DNA of 61,976 nucleotides, counting the filler. It is 5 parts of 5 records of this genome, joined end to end, with 100 filler letters (N's around TTAATTAATTAA, not from the genome) between each part and the next. Parts side by side here need not be neighbours in the genome. Positions count along the whole stretch, not along the records: positions 57,688 to 61,976 come from SRR20825010_114; 4 more parts are not named here. One strand, given 5' to 3'. Below the pieces are notes generated by a model. It worked only from the letters and a program-made list of their open reading frames with translations. It was not told the DNA's origin and made no database searches. This document shows, piece after piece, positions 59,316 to 61,976 of the stretch. Within the stretch, counting starts at the first letter, position 1. Each line of letters begins with the position of its first letter. A program made the translations under genes and the position numbers.

Positions 59316-60182
59316 TTAGAAGGTATATATCAGAACGATACCGCCACTCAGGACATAGTCTTCGTCAATCAACGGACTGTCGGAATATTCGGCTGGCAGG
59401 AATTCGACCCCGCTGGTGCCGACGATGGCGAAAGACTCGGTGAGCGGATAGATGATGCTTAGATCAAGATGGGGGATGAAAGCAGCGTCAGGTGCATAAA
59501 AGGCCCGGTCACTGCGCACTTCGTTACGGCGAACGCCAACATTGTGATCCGTCAGGTCCTTGCTTTGCCAGGTGACACCACCGCCAAAATTGAAGTTGGC
59601 CTTGCCCCAGTCCGTCGGGACGTAATACCCGACATCAACTTCGTGCCCGCCATAGGCATCATTCACATCGGTCAGATAGCTTGCCTGCAACTCACCACGC
59701 CACAAGCGCAATGATCCGCCAACACCGAGCTCATAGGCCATGTCACGGTCTTTAAGCCCGTTCAGATATGGTGAGTCACCAGAATCAAACGGCTCCATGC
59801 GAAGATTGCCAATCAAGGACACACTGACAAAATCGTTTGTCCAGACTTTGGCATCAATACCATCAATACCGATATGCAAACGTTCCGCATCATAGGCCAG
59901 CATCGGCAATGCATCGAGATCCGTTGAATCTGCCCCGCGATACGGATTGCTGCTAATACCCCCCAAAACCCCGATTTGCCAGTCCCCGCCCAACCATGGC
60001 TTAAGGGCATCTTCTTCCTGAGGATTAACCTGTTCGCGGATCAATTCACGTTGCCCGGGATTTGCTGTCTGGGCATAGGCCGAACCAGACGACAGAACCA
60101 TAAACAGGGCTGCGGAACAAATACCAAGCCCGGCAACCAACATCACAACGTCATACCGACGCAAATAATCACGTAACAACAT
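59316..60182 (-). CDS. MipA/OmpV-family outer-membrane beta-barrel; start codon uncertain
   Basis: Signal peptide, PYRGAD...LP, LNGLKDRD, YxPDA, DSPLID, terminal YTF. Confidence 0.85.
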   Translation of the reverse strand: MLLRDYLRRYDVVMLVAGLGICSAALFMVLSSGSAYAQTANPGQRELIREQVNPQEEDALKPWLGGDWQIGVLGGISSNPYRGADSTDLDALPMLAYDAERLHIGIDGIDAKVWTNDFVSVSLIGNLRMEPFDSGDSPYLNGLKDRDMAYELGVGGSLRLWRGELQASYLTDVNDAYGGHEVDVGYYVPTDWGKANFNFGGGVTWQSKDLTDHNVGVRRNEVRSDRAFYAPDAAFIPHLDLSIIYPLTESFAIVGTSGVEFLPAEYSDSPLIDEDYVLSGGIVLIYTF

Positions 60183-60332
60183 TATGTCTAAACACCCCTA
60201 GTTTGTTTGATGGCCAGACCATGCCGTACAAAAACGGGGGTGGCGTCCGATGCTACAGGCTCGAACGTGAAAAGGATCGATCAGGCGTATCAATGCGCAT
60301 TCACACGCCCTAAAGCATATTGCATTTAATCG

Positions 60333-61547
60333 TTATTTTTCGGGATTTTGCTGCCGATATGCGCTTGGCGTCTTGCCGGTGATTTTTTTGAAGGCAAGAT
60401 TGAAGGTCGACTTGGAATTAAAGCCGACACTGGTGGCAATATCGAGGATCGTTCGTTCGGGTTGCTCAACCAAAAGGCGTGACGCTTCAAGCGTCCGAGC
60501 TTCATTGATGAAGTCGAAAAATTTCTTATCGAGATGCTGGTTCAAAACATAGGACAGCTGGTTTGGCGTTGCCCCGACGGCGCTGGCAAGCTTTGGCAAT
60601 GACAGCAACGGATCAAACAGCAAATCTGTCTCGCCAACAATCCTGTTCAGACGGTCCCGGATACGGACGACTTCTTCTTCATCAAGAAATGGTCGTGCTG
60701 CGTCTGAAGGCGCGAATTCGCCGGAATTTTCACGAGAAACGCCACGGTCTGTTTCCTCGACCGTGTCCTCATCACCTTGCTGCCATTCAGCTTGAACAAA
60801 CAGGGTGGGCGTGGATGCCATCAGGTGACACAGGCGGAAGAACACCAGAACAAAGCTTCCCTGTACGAATGTCGTCAGCCAAGTGCCATCAGCAACAAAG
60901 ACATCAATTAGTGACGCGAGCGTGAATATGACAAAGATCGTCGTAATGCCGATCAGAATTTCCAGCGTCCAGCGCCGCAAAGCGTTCTGATCCGCGCCAA
61001 GCTGTTCTTTTGCCTGAAGCAGATAAGCCAATGCGACTTTCCAGATTTTAGGCATGTAAATGAAAAGCTGGATGTAAAGAGCGGCAAACACGACCACAAT
61101 CAGAACCGTCAGTGGCAAGTGCTGATCAAGCGCACTATCGATATCAATGCCATCCTGCCGGATTATGTCGGGCACAAATTGTGCAAACAAAATCCAGACA
61201 ACGACGGACATCGCAACAAAGACCGGTCCGAGGGGGGCGAAATGAAGAATCGGTTTTTCGACAGGGCGGTCGGCAATTTCACGGAAATAAAGATAAATCG
61301 ACGGCACAAAGGCAAAAACCGCTGCCATGAAGAGTGGCGCAAGGAGTAAAACCAGCCGGGCATCAAGGATAACATCCGTGATGTCTTCGATGAAGCTCAG
61401 GCAGGCTGCACCGGCAAACACCATCAGCCAGCGATTTGCCCGGAATGCACACTTCCCCTCGTGACGGAGCAACAACATCAGAAAGGCCGCCTGCCCCAAC
61501 CCGACAACAGCAATAATCATCAGGGTTATCTTCGATGTTTCTATCAT
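60333..61547 (-). CDS. Membrane-anchored AraC-family regulator (multi-TM sensor plus C-terminal HTH); start codon uncertain
   Basis: About 7 hydrophobic segments; LSYVLN...FFDFINEAR, VGFNSKSTFNLAFKKITGKTPSAYR. Confidence 0.88.
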   Translation of the reverse strand: MIETSKITLMIIAVVGLGQAAFLMLLLRHEGKCAFRANRWLMVFAGAACLSFIEDITDVILDARLVLLLAPLFMAAVFAFVPSIYLYFREIADRPVEKPILHFAPLGPVFVAMSVVVWILFAQFVPDIIRQDGIDIDSALDQHLPLTVLIVVVFAALYIQLFIYMPKIWKVALAYLLQAKEQLGADQNALRRWTLEILIGITTIFVIFTLASLIDVFVADGTWLTTFVQGSFVLVFFRLCHLMASTPTLFVQAEWQQGDEDTVEETDRGVSRENSGEFAPSDAARPFLDEEEVVRIRDRLNRIVGETDLLFDPLLSLPKLASAVGATPNQLSYVLNQHLDKKFFDFINEARTLEASRLLVEQPERTILDIATSVGFNSKSTFNLAFKKITGKTPSAYRQQNPEK

Positions 61548-61741
61548 TGTCCTGTCATGTCCGGTGCGGATGTCATGCGGGCGTATGTGCCGCCGGGAAG
61601 ATGATCGAATGGGCCAAATGTATTTAGGGTCAGGACCTGTTAATTGTCCGTGGCTGTCTGGTGAATCCATCTGCGTGATAACCCGTAGCCCGGAGAAATT
61701 CAATTCTCAACGGCTAAATGTCATATTCTGGAAAAGGTTGA

Positions 61742-61976
61742 TCAGCGCGAAATGATGAATTGTTCGATATCGACTTCATCGCACTGGTCCGGGCGCAGGT
61801 ATTTGCGGCCATATTCGATATAGGTGCCACTGACCAGAAACAGTTCGAACAAATCATTGTCGATCTGTCCTTTGTCGCGCATATCGCCAAGGATGGAGAT
61901 ACATTCGGATAGAAGCTTGGGCCGTTTGTAAGGCCGGTCAACGGCTGTCAGGGCCTCGAATATATCGGCAATCACC
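61742..61976 (-). CDS. HD-GYP phosphohydrolase, C-terminal fragment
   Basis: IADIFEALTAVDRPYK...GQID. Confidence 0.8.
   Translation of the reverse strand, partial: VIADIFEALTAVDRPYKRPKLLSECISILGDMRDKGQIDNDLFELFLVSGTYIEYGRKYLRPDQCDEVDIEQFIISR

Noticed and set aside
1-61976. CRISPR arrays, tRNA/rRNA, transposases, prophage genes
   Set aside because: None recognised on either strand by eye; a tRNAscan/CRISPR scan was not run

Overview
This window is not one locus. It is five contigs joined by artificial N44-TTAATTAATTAA-N44 linkers, and base composition and gene content point to several organisms; the taxonomic labels below are inferred, not searched. (1) 1-26052, AT-rich, Flavobacteriaceae-like: a DUF4382-type lipoprotein, a moxR-DUF58-batABCDE operon, a small PPP-ending ORF ahead of SulP and beta-carbonic anhydrase, cvpA, pheS, a Tat-signal aminotransferase with an AEC permease, and a GbsR/MarR regulator with an RND pump. 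Intergenic hairpin repeats are scattered throughout. (2) 26153-43697, alphaproteobacterial: ppdK, glyS, glyQ, map, chorismate mutase, S49 peptidase, methyltransferase, ispB, UDG, two MBL hydrolases, an amino-acid permease/amidinohydrolase/Rieske operon, nadA, nadC, M48 peptidase and the end of rpmF. (3) 43798-52749, Bacteroidota xylan-type PUL (susC, susD, GH115, GH43). (4) 52850-57587, Rhizobiales-like: end of pal, rpe, hutC, hutF, hutI, hutH. (5) 57688-61976, alphaproteobacterial: map, radC, mipA, membrane-bound AraC, HD-GYP fragment. The best candidate for a new system is the gap at 38940-39245: three tandem TGT-N11-ACA enhancer-like sites, a correctly spaced sigma-54 -24/-12 promoter, then an approximately 160-nt three-hairpin RNA whose first two loops both carry GCUGCCAC. 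It is transcribed divergently from the uncharacterised permease/amidinohydrolase/Rieske operon. All calls come from reading motifs by eye; no database searches or folding programs were run.
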